Shown here: piece by piece, positions 34,985 to 49,218 of the stretch
How the letters are laid out: the number at the start of each line of letters is the position of its first letter
How positions within the stretch are numbered: position 1 is the stretch's first letter
Assembly (NCBI RefSeq): GCF_009914755.1
Contig: NC_060925.1
Length of the DNA stretch: 64,000 nt
Direction: 5' to 3' (one strand)
DNA from: the human T2T-CHM13v2.0 reference genome, Homo sapiens
Program-made: the position numbers and the translations under genes
Notes under the pieces: generated by a model
Databases searched by the model: none
Told to the model about the DNA's origin: nothing
The model's input: only the letters and a program-made list of their open reading frames with translations

Positions 34985-36505
34985 TGCCCACAGTATTAAT
35001 TTTTTGTTTTTTTCCCCTCCCTAAGACTCCTAGAAAATTTAAATGTCAAAACTAAAAGTAAGATACTGTTATTAAAAATAACCAGTGGTATGTTACCAAA
35101 TTTCCAGTTGATCTTAAATGCTGTTATTAATAAGTAAGTACATAATTTTACCATAATTCATAGAGAACTTCATTTGCCACATCAGTCTTCATCCCCTGTA
35201 ATTGGTACTAATGCTAAACATTTGTTAACGAAAGAGAAAAAATAAATTCTTCCACTAGTTTGCCTTTTTCCTTTCCAAGACTGAAAAATATTCCATTACA
35301 TGTATAAAGCCCGTTTTGTTTATCCATTTATCTGGACAGACCATTTTGATTTTATGAGTGTTTGGGCAAAAATGTGACCAGGATCATCTTCCTTCAGAAA
35401 GGACTTTGGTAGCTCATGTTAGGAGCTAGGGAGGTGGGGGAGCAGAAGAGCACCCCAGGAAAACTTAGCACTGGGTGGACAAAGCCTTCTCAGCCATTTC
35501 GCCTCCTTGTACCTCTTGGTGATCCAGCACTTTTTGCGTATTGCTCTTTCTTCTTCTGTATCAAGCATATCATTTTGATAGCAATGCCCTAACCCCCACC
35601 CCAACCCTAAGCTCTCATTCTGACATCTCAGTGTGATGGGAAGGTAAATAATATCTACTGTACCCTAAGCAAAGCTTAGATTTTGATGGTTCAGGATTTT
35701 TGCACCCTTGAGATCAGAAAATAATCCATTTTTATTCATCTATTTCCTCTTTCTCTCTTTTCTGCTCCTTCTCTCCCTCTTTCTTCCCCTCTTTTATTTC
35801 CCATACTCATGATACTTATTTTGCTGTGATATATGTGAGTCTATATTCTTTCCATGAAATCAGTGGCTAATGCAAAGAAACATACCATTTACCTAAATAA
35901 TTTTTCTACTGTAAAAATGTTTCTGAGAAATTCTGCTTTTTTTTTTTTCTTCATTTGGCTTTGTATCTTCAGGGCTCCAAATCCTAGGGGAAAAAATAAT
36001 AGTGAGACACCAAATACCACAGCACAATATTGTATAGTTCAATAGGAATTTGAAATAATAAAAAATCTGGAGACAGATACAACCACTTACATCAAACTTC
36101 TCGGTAGGTTCTCAAGACATGTATCTTTCTGAAGAATCATTTCAACTCAAAATTTGCTGTAGGTAAAAAGAGCACATGACATGTCCATCCTTCTCTTTAG
36201 AAAATGAAGAAACATAAATCAACTTGAGTTTCTTGCCTCCAGAACAGTGTGAAAGATTACATTGGAAATGTATGTTCTCCCCAACCTAGGCAGCTTTCTA
36301 ATTCTCTCTTAAGAAAAGGAAATTAGTGATTTTGATCAGAAACAGTCTCAAGCCCACATCCCAAAGCAAAATTTTTTATAACCAAACTGTCCCTAGAAAT
36401 ACATCTACCATGAACTAGATAGTCTGGTTCCATAACAAAGAATTGTAAAATTTTAGAGATGGAAGTATCTTGGTCCAAACCTCTAACTGGATGTTTCTCC
36501 TCTAG

Positions 36506-36682
36506 TTAACAAAACAGAAGTTATATCACAAAAAGAGTAGGGACTGTGTCTTACGTGACACATGATCATTGTAGAATACTGGTAGTAGTATCGCCGTGTT
36601 TCAGTGGTTTGGAAGTGAGAGGAAAGACAGAGAGAAAGGGAGAAAGGAGAGGGGAGGGAAGTAGGGAAGAAAAAACAAGAAG
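36506..36682 (+). other. Candidate non-coding exon (177 nt)
   Basis: Branch CTAAC (A 36486), tract TTTCTCCTCT, TAG acceptor, donor AAG|GTGAGT; stops in all three frames. Confidence 0.4.
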
Positions 36683-37729
36683 GTGAGTATTGGTATTGTT
36701 TAATATATATATTTTTGCCAATAGCCTTCACTATTTAGAGTAGCTAATTAAGTTATCTCAGCCAACCACTTATAAAGATACTAATATTCCATACTTAGGG
36801 TTGAGGAAATTGAAGTTCAAAGAATATAAGCTCATATATTTTTAGCACACTGGAGGAAAGAGGCATTGATAGGAGAGATAGAATTTGTTTTTAACAGGAC
36901 ATGGGACAAGAGAAAGCCTGTGAGTGACAGATGCACACTTAGTAAATGCTTCCTACCTTTGACTACAGGACTGTAATGAAGAGATCATAGTTAGGCCAGT
37001 GAGTTACATAGACCCTGTTCATGGCTCTGGATTAGTGTTGACTGAAGTTAATTTCTTTCCTATCTGTCAGAAGTGGCAAAGGAAAAAGTGATAGCAGGAA
37101 ATAGAGTGTTTTCCCTCTGTAAGTTCTAATTATTACACTAATGTCTCCTTGAACCTTCTCACCAATTGTGGGATGTAACAGATTATAGAATTATAATAGA
37201 AAATGGCCTAATATTGTTGATGCTAAAAAGCAGGAAAACATCACCTTGATTGGGGCAGTGTCATACACCAAGATGTAAGTTTTTATTGTTCTGATTTTAG
37301 CTTCTAGAACAATCAGTGCTATGACTGATTGGGCTAATAACTGATTTTAGGAAAAGACAAAATCTCCTAAGTGCATTTTGTCTGCAGTTTGTAAGCAGGA
37401 CTTTGCTGACACATCCTTTAAATAATTTAGAAAAAGTGAAAGGCTCTCAAATTCACCAGCATCTCTTGCCTCAAGACACACAATTCTCTTCTCAGGGTCT
37501 CTAAGACAATGTTCTGAGGCTTCATGAAGACTTTTCTGAAGAATGTTAGACAAATCATTTAACTTCTTTTTGCCTCAGTTATTTTCCATTATAAAATGAG
37601 AAAGATGGACTGGTCTCCAAGGCACATGCCAGCTCCAGCCCTTTGTGGTTCACTGAAAGGTCAGTGTATGGAGTGCTGGATTTGTTCTTGATTCTTCTGC
37701 ACCAGTGCAAAGAATTATACATAAATTTT

Positions 37730-37762
37730 CATCATCATGATCATCATCATGATCATCATCAT
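37730..37762. repeat. Interrupted (CAT)n
   Basis: CATCATCATGATCATCATCATGATCATCATCAT. Confidence 0.85.
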
Positions 37763-39359
37763 CCCAACAACCACATCTGTTATATGGTAATAACTGTGTG
37801 TGTAGTATTTCTAATTCTCGCTATAATCCTTGAAGTAAGCATTATTTTCTCTAATCGACTGATGAAGAAATTGCACTAGTTTAAGAGTCATTTAATATTG
37901 AAGATCAATTTGAATATGAGGCCTATATGACATTTTCAAAGCTGATTCACCAAAAAAGTTTTTAATACATATATATTTTTTGCTTAATTCTTTTCTTTAT
38001 TGAGGGATATTTCCTGAGGCTAAATTCACTAGAGAATAATTGTATTTTCAAAGATAGGAGGATGAATTCTTTTCCAAGGCAGCACAATTCTCACTCCATC
38101 TATCATGCAGTTCCTGAATGTATCTTCCCACGAACAGAATGAGCCACTCCTTTCTAATATCTTTTTTGGACCCTGCCTGAATTTCTGGCACAGCACCTGT
38201 TACACTTTATGGAATGTAATCATTATCTGCCTATCCCCCTCTTATTGGATTCTACCTGTGAATCCTTAAGAAGATTACTGTTTTCTATACTGGGGGAGAT
38301 TTTTAAAAATATTTATAGTTCCATTAGTTCAATACTACTTGATATATAGTAGGTATTTAAAAAAAACAACCTTAAATGAATGAATGAAATGTTGATAAAT
38401 TTACTTTCACAGTATTGTATAAATTTAAACTACAAGCAAAAATAATGAGTGTGTTTTATGTTTTCTACATTCCCATCAGCATGGTAGGCTGGCAGGGAAA
38501 ATGCCCTTAAGACTTTATTCCTTTCCTAGTCCCACACTCTATGAGATATTTGCAAGCACTGTCCCTTTTAGTTTGGGAAATCCTCTCAGTTCTATTTAAC
38601 TTCAAACCAGCAACCATGATATGATTTCTAGCATTTCTGCTTCATCTCTATTCTATGTTCTCCTTCTTCCCTTATTCCTTCACTATTGACAGCCAGTTGG
38701 ATGGTGAAACATTGCTCTACAGTTTCTACTGACAAGATCATAAACATTGGAGATGGAAATGGTCACCATCGTCTCTCAGGTTATACCATTATTTCTTGAT
38801 TGATCTGCATTAGACATTAGTTATTGGATCTCTGCTGAAGTTGGGCTGTGATTCATCTCTTGGCCCTCCTCCTCCCTGTACACTTATTATTTATATTTTC
38901 TCTGTTGGATCCACCTAACTTATTTTCCCATCAGTATGCTTTCTTAATTTATACCCTCAATTTGTTGAGGAGCACATACTCAAGTAACTTCCTACGAAGG
39001 GTGCATGAAAGATAGGTTTTTAACATACTGGTATATCTGAATATATTTTATTATTGGGTTAATCACTTGGCAGAGCATTATATTTTAGATTGAAGGCATT
39101 TTCAACCTCATGATTTAAAGACGTTGATCAATTTTCTTTTAGCATTCACAGTTACTGTTGAAAAATTTGCTGCTAAGCTGGATCTCATCCATTTGTATGT
39201 GACCTTTCCCCCACCCCTCCAGTCCTGCTCCCACTGCTGCAAACTATGATCTCACACCCTATACTTCACTGAGATATGCTTAGATGTGTATAACTCTTCA
39301 CTAACCCTTCCTGGTGCCCGGTAGTTTCCTTTAGTAGGAATGTTGTGACTGTCTAGTGT

Positions 39360-39620
39360 CTTTGCGCAGGTGTCACCATCTGAGTAAGGCCTTTCCTGAC
39401 CACCCTATTAAATTTGCACACCTGCCCCAGCATTCAGTGTCTCTTCCTTTCCTGCCTAATATTTGCCCATAGCACATATCAATCTCTTAATTTCTGAATA
39501 ACTTACTTATGTTTTTTTCCCTCTTCCTTCACTTCAGCAGGAATTTTGGTCTATTTTGTTCACTGTTGAATGCCAAGAACTCTGTTCAGCACCTCGTAGG
39601 TATTTAATAAATATTTGTTT
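39360..39620 (+). mobile_element. L2 3' end
   Basis: AGGCCTTTCCTGACCACCCTA...TTGTTCACTGTTG...GTAGGTATTTAATAAATATTTGTT. Confidence 0.7.
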
Positions 39621-39634
39621 AAAAATGTTTCTGC

Positions 39635-39767
39635 AGGGAGGGAACTTAGAGGACGGGTCAATAGGTGCAGCAAGCCACCATGGCACATGTATACCTATGT
39701 GACAAACCTGTACATTCTACACATGTATCCTGGTTTTCCTTTTTTTTAGAAGAAGAAATTTTAAAAA
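39635..39767 (+). mobile_element. L1PA8A-like extreme 3' end
   Basis: GGAACTTAGAGGACGGGTCAATAGGTGCAGCAA...ATGTATCC..TTTTTTTAGAAGAA. Confidence 0.8.
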
Positions 39768-40111
39768 GGAACACTAGGAGAAACACTGAGATAATACTCT
39801 AATTTTTGAAATAAAATCAAATTATGTAGTACAAAAAGTGTTTTTGCTTCTTATTTAAGAAAGAGGCAATAAAAGCTTCATCTGCATGTGTAAGGCTCAT
39901 TAGCTCTCAGGTTGAGTGTACAGGCAGCTGTCCATGAGGAGAGCTGGCTATCACCCTGTGGGACCCCCAAATGAGAGATTGGAGAATTATTTACACTAGG
40001 GTGCAGACATCCAAGTTTCTGCATGCTCAGAGATAGTTCATTGTGAAAAACAATTAAGATACAAAATTTTATTTAGGGTTATGAGTAAATATCTTTAAAA
40101 ATAATATATGT

Positions 40112-40585
<474 letters not shown>

Positions 40586-41699
40586 TTATATTATTGTAAA
40601 AATTTACAATAATATAAAAATTAACAAAATATGTTTTCAAGATGCTGCAGTGAGGATTATGTATGTGTGCTGGGTAATGTGAACTGCTCATGTGAATATC
40701 TATTCAGCACTTCCTCTTCATTCCAAGTTTCTGATTCTCCTCGTCAGCTTTCTACTTTTTTTTTTCACTTTTTAACCATTTGGAAATACCACTTTAATGT
40801 AGATCTGGGTTTATTTAGAAATCTTATATTTGATAGAGGTGTTAGCATTTCTGCTACCTAGGCAACAAAATATGGTTCTGCTGCTAACATCTTTTCATTT
40901 TTAGCAAAATGAAATCTTAAAAATCTTTTAATAAACTTGTAAAAATAAAAGCCAGACTTAAATATACTCCTTGCCTTAAAGAAAAGAAACATGGGGGTAA
41001 TAAGTACAATGGGCAGCATATAGGACCATGTTTCTTGGAGAATGTAGAACAAGTTTGGAGAGAGAAAGAGGGGCGCACATTTCAAAATAAAACCAAAACA
41101 ATTCAGAAATACCAATTAAATCCACTACTAATTTTCAAAGTTTGACTAATTGCTTGAAGAGCACACTGATCAACTACAAATGTTGCATCTTAAATATATT
41201 TAGACTCACATATACTATTTTTTAGATTATGGAAATATTGCACCTTATTATAGAAAACATGAAAGTATTGAAAATGCATATAAAGACTCCAGCTAAAATA
41301 CTCTATCCTAAATATCAGAGATAATCTCTCTAGGATGCAGTTTTGAATTCTACACTTTTACTTAAAAATTATATTGTAAACATTTATCATACAATTATTA
41401 ATTTCGTCAAAATCAGAATTCTTCAGAACCATCAACATACTATGGTCTAACTGCTCCAATACAATTTCTCATTTCATTTCTTTCCAGTTTTTGATATAAT
41501 AAAATGTAAAGAACATTCTGGTGCAAAAAGGGTTGTCTGCATCTCTTTGTCATTCCTAATGACAGAATTCTAGAAGAGGCTCCTGAAGCCTGATGCAAAA
41601 CACTCTCCAGCAAGACAGCAGCACTGCATGCCCCCGCCGCCACCTCCCCCCATCCCCAGGTTACATGACAGCGTCCCCCTGACCCTCTCTAGCCCTGAG

Positions 41700-43320
41700 T
41701 TGACAATTCAATAGGTCAAATGTGATGTTTAGACTTGTGAGATTTGGGAGGAAATTGCACTTTTCCCCATCTTTGTTGACCATCTGTAATTCCGCTATAA
41801 ATCGCCCGTGCCCTTTAACCCATTTTTTTCTATGGAAGTGTTAGTATTTTTCTTACAGGTTTGTTTAAAAAAAAAAAACCAAAAAAAAAAAAACTCTGAA
41901 AACAAATGATATTAACTCCTTGACTATAATCAGTGGGAAACAGTTTTTCAAACTTGTCATTTTTATATGTCAGTGATACTTTCTTTTTAGTTTAAAAAAG
42001 GATAGTATTGATATACACACTTTGAAACTTCCTGTCATCGTATCTATTGATCTTTTCCTTGCCCAAAGGATCCTTCTCCTAAGAGTCATCCTTATTTTCT
42101 CTGTATATTTGTGTTGTTTCATTTTCTACATATGTTGTATTATTTAGACATCGCTGGAATTGATGATTGTGTGTGACCTATGGGATAAGGTAAGAATCCA
42201 GCTTGATATTTTCCATATTCCATTTACTGAGTAATCTGTCCCTTCCTTTGTTTTGTGATGTTGCCTTTTTAGCATTCAAGCCATTATATATAATAGAGCA
42301 TTTCCTTATTCAGGGCTATTCTCTTTTACCCATCCATACTGTGGCAATGCTACCCTTTACTGTAGCTTTGCAATATATCTTCCGTATGGTGAAACAAGTT
42401 CACCCCCTCTTATTAGCTTGCATTTCCAAATTTTCTTTTGCTGTTCTAATGTATTCATTCTTCCAGCAAAACTCCCAAGAAAAAAAATCTCATTGAGATT
42501 TACCAGATTGCATTAAACCTAAAAATTAATGTGAGTAAAATTGAAATCTTTATAATAGTCTGCACAGACACATTGTATGTCTTTTTTAAGCCTTATTTTA
42601 TGTTTCTTGATATAGCCTTGTAGTATTTTTCACAAGGTCTGACACATTTCTTACTGAGCTTGTATTTCTAGGTGTTTTATATTTCTATTTGTATTGTGAA
42701 AGAGATTTTTCCTCATCAGATTTTCCAATCATTGCTAGTATGTTTGAGGCCCATTTGTACTTAGATTCCTTCATCTTGCTGAATTCTATTTTAATGATCT
42801 TCTAGCTGATTGTCTAGAGTTTTTCTAGGTATATATATTATCATGTTGTCTGCAAATAATAACTTTGTTCCTTCTTTTCCAGTGGTCACACATTCTATTT
42901 CTATTTTTTTCTGTGATCAAAACTTGTAAAAATAATATTAAACAATAGAAAGGATAACAGAAATCCTGTTTTGTTCTTAATATTAATAGAAATGTCTCTA
43001 GTGGCATTTTCCCAATAAATAATAGTATGTGCTATCAGTGTAAAATATTCTTTAATGTGTTAAGGAATTATTCTTCTATTCATGGCTAGTAAAAAGACTT
43101 TTCCCTTTAGGAATGATTGTAATATTTTTATCAATGCCTTTCAAAATTTAATGATCATATGGTTTTTCTTATTTGATCTATTGATACAACCAAAGTGATA
43201 TTTTCTACTTGGTTGTGGTAGATTATTCTTTTCAAATATTTTTAATTCAATTGACTGATAAATTATTTAGAGTGTTTAAATATATTCATTTTTTCTTTTA
43301 TTCTATCTTTATTAAGTTTT
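41700..43320 (-). mobile_element. Ancient L1M (ME/M5-type) ORF2 remnant
   Basis: Reverse ORF2-like text (GATTGCATTAAACCTA; ATGTTGTCTGCAAATAATAA; ATGATCATATGGTTTTTCT); approximate. Confidence 0.65.
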
Positions 43321-44083
43321 ATTATTATTAATAATAATAATGGCAGTTGGGATAATTTCACAATCTCATACCATGTTCTGCTGCACTTAAATTCTTACAC
43401 AAATTTTCTCATGTAATTCTTATAATAACTTTACAATTAGATGTACCATTATCTACATTTTGCACATAAGGAACCAAGCTCCAGAAGGGATCTTAACTCC
43501 ATTAAGATCATATAGCTTGTGAGGGGGGGGGCCTGTCTGTACAGCCTTTGCTACATAGTATTGGGGAATTAAAAATGAGTTGGGTAGCTTTCCTGCTGTG
43601 CAATGGAATAGTACATAGAATAGGAAAAATCTGCTTCTTGAAGGTATGAAAGGACAGATTTCTACATGCACAGGAGGCAAAATGATGCTGTGAAAGAACA
43701 TTGGCTTTGAAACCAGACAAATGCTGGTTCAAAATCTAGCTCTGTCTGTTACTTCGTAGCACTCAATAGAAACTAATCATTATAAAAACATCTTATCCAA
43801 GCGCCATCTTTGACAACATTTTCCATCTGTGCCTGGATCATTTTCTAATTTTTTTTCCCATAACATCCTGTTGCCCCAGGAAGTAATATATTTCATCTAG
43901 ATAATGAAAAGTATTATTTCATATTCATGTGTATTATTCTCTGATAGTCTTAAAATCTCTGTGGCTGCTGTCCTGTCCCCTTGGTCTTTGGTATTTAATT
44001 GTGTGTTCTCTTTTTATCCTAACTAGATTTTCCAAAGATTTTTCTATTTTTTCTTAAACCATTTTTTTTAAATTTTAGAATAA

Positions 44084-44549
44084 TGTAGTTGGCTGAATAT
44101 TGGCTCTCCAAAAATGTTCATGTCTTAATTTTCAGAACCTGTGAATGTTGTCTTATAAGGCAAAGATACTTTGCAGATGTGATTAGATTAAGAATCATGT
44201 GATGGGGAGATTATCCAGATTTTCCAAGTGGGCCCCGTGTGATCACAGGATCCTTATACGATGAACACAGGAAGTTCAGACAGAGGAGAAAGCAATATGA
44301 CAATAGACACAAAAATTGGAGTGATGTAGCTACAAGTCAGGAAATGCTGTCACCCTCTAGAAGCTGGAAAGGACAAGGAATGGAATCTTCCTGGAGCCTC
44401 CCAAAGAAACCAGCCCTGCCATCACTTTCATTTTAGTCCCCGAGACTCATTTTGGACTTCTGACCTGTAGAACTGTAGGAAAATAAATTTGTATTTTAAA
44501 CCACTAAATGTGTGCTAACTTGTTACTGCCACACTAGGAAACTAAAACC
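44084..44549 (+). mobile_element. MLT1C/D MaLR solo LTR
   Basis: TGTAGTTGGCTGAATA...TTTGCAGATGTGATTAGATTAAG...AATAAATTTG...GGAAACTAA; TSD AATAA/AATAG. Confidence 0.88.
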
Positions 44550-44554
44550 AATAG

Positions 44555-45090
44555 TTTTAGATTAACAGAAAAATTACAAAGATGGTACAGAGTTTCCATA
44601 TCCCCCATACCCAGTTTCCCCTATTGTCAACATGGTGCATTTGTCCCAAGGCATGAAACAATATTGATCCAATATCACTAACTAAAGTCCGTATTTTATT
44701 TAGATTTCTTTCGTTTTTACCTGATGTCCTTTTTCTGTTCCAGGAGTGCATCTAGGAAACTATCTGTGTTTAGTTGTCATGTGTCCTTGGGTTCTTTTTA
44801 GCTGTAACACTTTCTCAGACTTTCGTCGTTTTTGATGAGTTTGATAGTTTGAGGAATGCTGGTCAGGCATTATTTAAAATGTCCCTCAACTGGGATTTGT
44901 CTGATGTTTTTCTCATGATTAGGCTGAAGTATGGATTTGGGGGAATGATGATCACAGAGACAAAGTGTGTTGTCCTCACATTATAGCAAGGGTACATACT
45001 GTCAACGTGGCTTATTGTTGACGTTGACCTTGATCACCTGACTCAAGTAGTGTTTGTCAGCTTCTCCACTGTAAAGTTACTCTTTCCCTT
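44555..45090 (-). mobile_element. L1MC/MD 3' end
   Basis: TTTTAGATT.ACAGAAAAATT.CAAAGATGGTACAGAG...GATTTGTCTGATGTTTTTCTCATGATTAG. Confidence 0.75.
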
Positions 45091-45340
45091 CCTTTGTCTA
45101 TTGTTTTACAGCAAAAAAGGCGCTTTTTAAAACTTGTCAGTTCCACTCTTTTTCTGCTATATGATTAATTAATTTCTTACTTTATGTTGATTAATTCTTT
45201 CTGTCATCGTTGTGGTTCCTTTTTTGTTCTTTTTCCAACTTCCTGAGTTAAATCCTAGGTTTACTTATTGTTATTTTTTAATACATAAAGCATTTAAGGA
45301 CATGTGATCTCCATTTAGCAAGGAGTTATTAGTTTGTTTA

Positions 45341-45654
<314 letters not shown>

Positions 45655-45981
45655 TTAGTTTGTTTAAACACTTGTTATTAGTTTCCATGTTTATAACATA
45701 GCAGTAAAAGTGTGTACCTTATATAACTTCTGCTATTTGGAACTTTGTCAGGTTTTTCTTTTTCTTTTGACATACAATTACTTTCTGTAAATATCCCGTG
45801 AGTACTTTGAAAGAAGTTATGTTTTCTGTTTGCAGGATATAAACTAGACATTAAATTCTGCAGTGGATGAGAATGTAACTGTTTGACTTACCATTAAATA
45901 TCTAGCCCCTAGTACTGGACCTGATACCTAGTAGGATTGCATTAAATAACTATTGAGTAAATGGCTGCAAAATTTCAACAG

Positions 45982-46065
45982 TCCCAGTTGCAACAACCAA
46001 AAATGTCTCTAGACATGGTCAGCTGTCCCCTTGCAGACAAAATCATTCCCGATTGTGAACCACTG
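45982..46065. mobile_element. MER20 fragment
   Basis: CCCAGTTG.AACAACCAAAAATGTCTCTAGACAT...GAACCACTG. Confidence 0.7.
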
Positions 46066-46069
46066 CTCT

Positions 46070-46760
46070 AAAATGATATGATTATTCACAGAAAATCCAA
46101 AAGAATCTCCTCAAAAAGTATTAGAATTAATATTTGAATTCAGCAAAGTTAGTTGAAGGGTATAAAATTAATATACAAAGATAGCATTCATATATAGCAG
46201 TAGTAAACATTTAGAAAATGTAGTTTTAAAATAAATAATATCAACAATAGCAATTAAAATTATAAAGAATAAATCTAACAAAGTATGGGCAAGACTTATG
46301 AAGAAATTTATTAAAATGTAACGAGAAACATTAAAGAAGACCTAAGAACAGAGAAACCATGATTATCTAAGAGAAGATTCATTATCATTGAAGTGTTGTT
46401 TCTTCCCCAATTGGCCTATAATTACAATTCGATTCCAACAAAAACCTAACAGAGTTTTTGTGGGACTTAACTGATTCTAAAACTTATATTGAGAAGACAG
46501 CATAAATATAGTTAAGCCACTTTTGTAGAAGAATAATTTGGAAGCCTTGCTATATCAGATTTTAAATTTTATTCTAAAGCCATAGTAATCAAGAATGTAG
46601 ACAGAGATAGACAAGTAGAATCAGGAAATAGGATAAATATTTAATATTTAATATATAGTTCTACACATACATGAAAACTTGATATAGGACGGAGGAGGCA
46701 TTTAAAACAGTGGGCAAAAGATATAATGTGCTGAGATAACTGACTTTATGTTTTAAAACA
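46070..46760 (+). mobile_element. Ancient L1ME ORF2 remnant
   Basis: ATGATATGATT...AGAAAATCCAAAAGAATC...GAATAAATCTAACAAAG. Confidence 0.7.
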
Positions 46761-46997
46761 TTCTTTTTATTTACTCTCTTTGTCCCACTGGAAGGTAAGC
46801 TCCATGAGAGCAGAGATTTGGTGTGTTTTCTTCACAGCTGCATCTCCAATGTCTAGAATAACTCAGGCATACAGTAGTTATTCAGTAGATATTTTTGAAC
46901 TACTAAATGAAAAATCCATTTTATTAGTTTTCATTGCTTTTCCTATTATTATATAACAAAATATTTACAGTTTCTATGAAGGTTTGGAAAAAATGTT

Positions 46998-47144
46998 TCT
47001 CTCTCTCTCTCTCTCTCTCCCCCTCCCTCCCTCTCTCTCTCTCTTCCTCCCTCTCTGTCTCCCTCCCTCTCTCTCTCTCTCTCTCTCCCTCCCTCCCTCC
47101 CTCTCTCTCTCTCTCTCTCTCTGTCCCTCTCTCTCTCTGTGTGT

Positions 47145-47192
<48 letters not shown>
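46998..47192. repeat. Compound microsatellite: (CT)n/(CCCT)n about 140 bp fused to (GT)n about 55 bp
   Basis: Direct read. Confidence 0.97.
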
Positions 47193-47194
<2 letters not shown>

Positions 47195-48849
47195 TTCTTT
47201 CCCAAGAGCCCAAGGAAGTCACTGAAAGCTAGATATAGCAAAATGGTAGCTCAACACCAGATGCAATTATTTAATAATAAACTCTAAATTTGTTTGCCCC
47301 CTTAATAAAACTCTATATTCCAATATTCAAAATTATTAAACAAAGTAAGGAAATTGTTGTTTATTTCAAAGATTTTTGTATGCTGCAGATATCACAGGTT
47401 CCCTTTAAACATTTATATTAAAATATGGTTCAACCCATAAAGCCATAGGAATATGTCTGTTTTGCCAAGTAAGGTAGCTCATCTGTATCTCTTATGAGAA
47501 TTTTAATAAAACAAGTATTAAGGCTTCTTTCAGACAGTTCCAACAGCATGATTCTAATTTTTGGTGTCCTTTAAAATGTCAAATTACTCCTGGCTATGCT
47601 TCCTTACGGACCACCAAAGACAATGGAACTTAGCCAGCTGACAAGGATATTTATAATCAATCATGGCACCCTCCAACAGTTCCCTCTCTCACACCTATTG
47701 GTCTAAGAGAGTTTGTCTGAGAGAATCAGGTGACATTGGATAGTTCAGAGCAAATCCAAGAACCCACTTGGGAAATTGAGCCAATCCACAGGTCTCTCAA
47801 AAAGCATTCATTTATGCTTCATTAAGCATTCATTATGACCAAGAATTTGTGGGTTCCTATCACTTGTCAGGCACTACCACATCATTAATATTGCGGAGTC
47901 CAAGAGTTATATTTGCTATTATCATACAAAGTCTGAACATCTCAACCAGCTGAGGTATTAAGTTCAAACTCTGAAGCAGTAAATAGCGGCACAGTGATTT
48001 GGCAAGTCTTAAAATGGCTCTGTGAACCTTTCAGTTGAGTGCAAACACCTGGTATCAAGGTTCTCCTTCATCTTGAGACCCAACAACCCTCCTCCCCATA
48101 CTGTACCCCAGGCCCCTTTCACTCCACCACTGCAAACTCTCACTCTCTGGCAAACAGCCCAGCCTCACTCCTGGCTCTGGAGGCTGGCTTTTGTTCTGAC
48201 TTCTGCCTCAATCTAGAAGACCCTCCACTTCCTCTGTGTCCATCCAAATCCTACTTTTCTTCAAGGCTCCGCCACTCTGAACTGTGTTCCCCCCATCAAA
48301 TGTAGGGCACTCCAACAGCCCTGATCCCAAGTGTGAAGCTGTGGCCTCAGCTGGACATCCTGTCTGGTCTTGGTTAGCGGAAAGGCAACAGAATGAATGT
48401 CCACTCCAGGTAAGAAACCTCTTCATTTTATAGACCAAGAAACTAAGATATAGAATGATTGAGTGACTCTTTCTAAGAAACAAAGTGGTTAGCGTGCTAG
48501 AAATAGGAAGTTGGTGGGCATAGTGAAAAACATTTGTTTCTCTAAAGGGAGAAACATCTGAATGTAAATCCCGCATTGACAACTTACTAGCCGAGGAAAT
48601 TCAGGGAAGTTACTCACCTTCCTCAATCACTGCTCCCATACTATAAATTGACAAGGATAATATCTTCTTTGCAATATTGTTGTGAAGATAAGATATAAAG
48701 AGATAAAATATCTGACTCATACTAAGTGTAACTGTGGGAACCCACTTCTTTCTTAATTTTACTACCCTGCTTCTCTACAAGACTGTAATCTGCTTGAAAA
48801 CAGGATCTATGTTGATCCTACATTCTATAGTCCCCTACGTTCTCCATAA

Positions 48850-49218
<369 letters not shown>

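Noticed and set aside
37643-37879. His-rich ORF with a hydrophobic tail
   Set aside because: Non-ATG start; His run comes from (CAT)n and the tail from MIR-like sequence
41630-41658. C-rich run with minus-strand G-quadruplex potential
   Set aside because: Isolated, imperfect, no promoter context
46924-47287. Four 80-117 aa ORFs rich in HT, ER, LS and CV repeats
   Set aside because: Translations of a stop-free microsatellite
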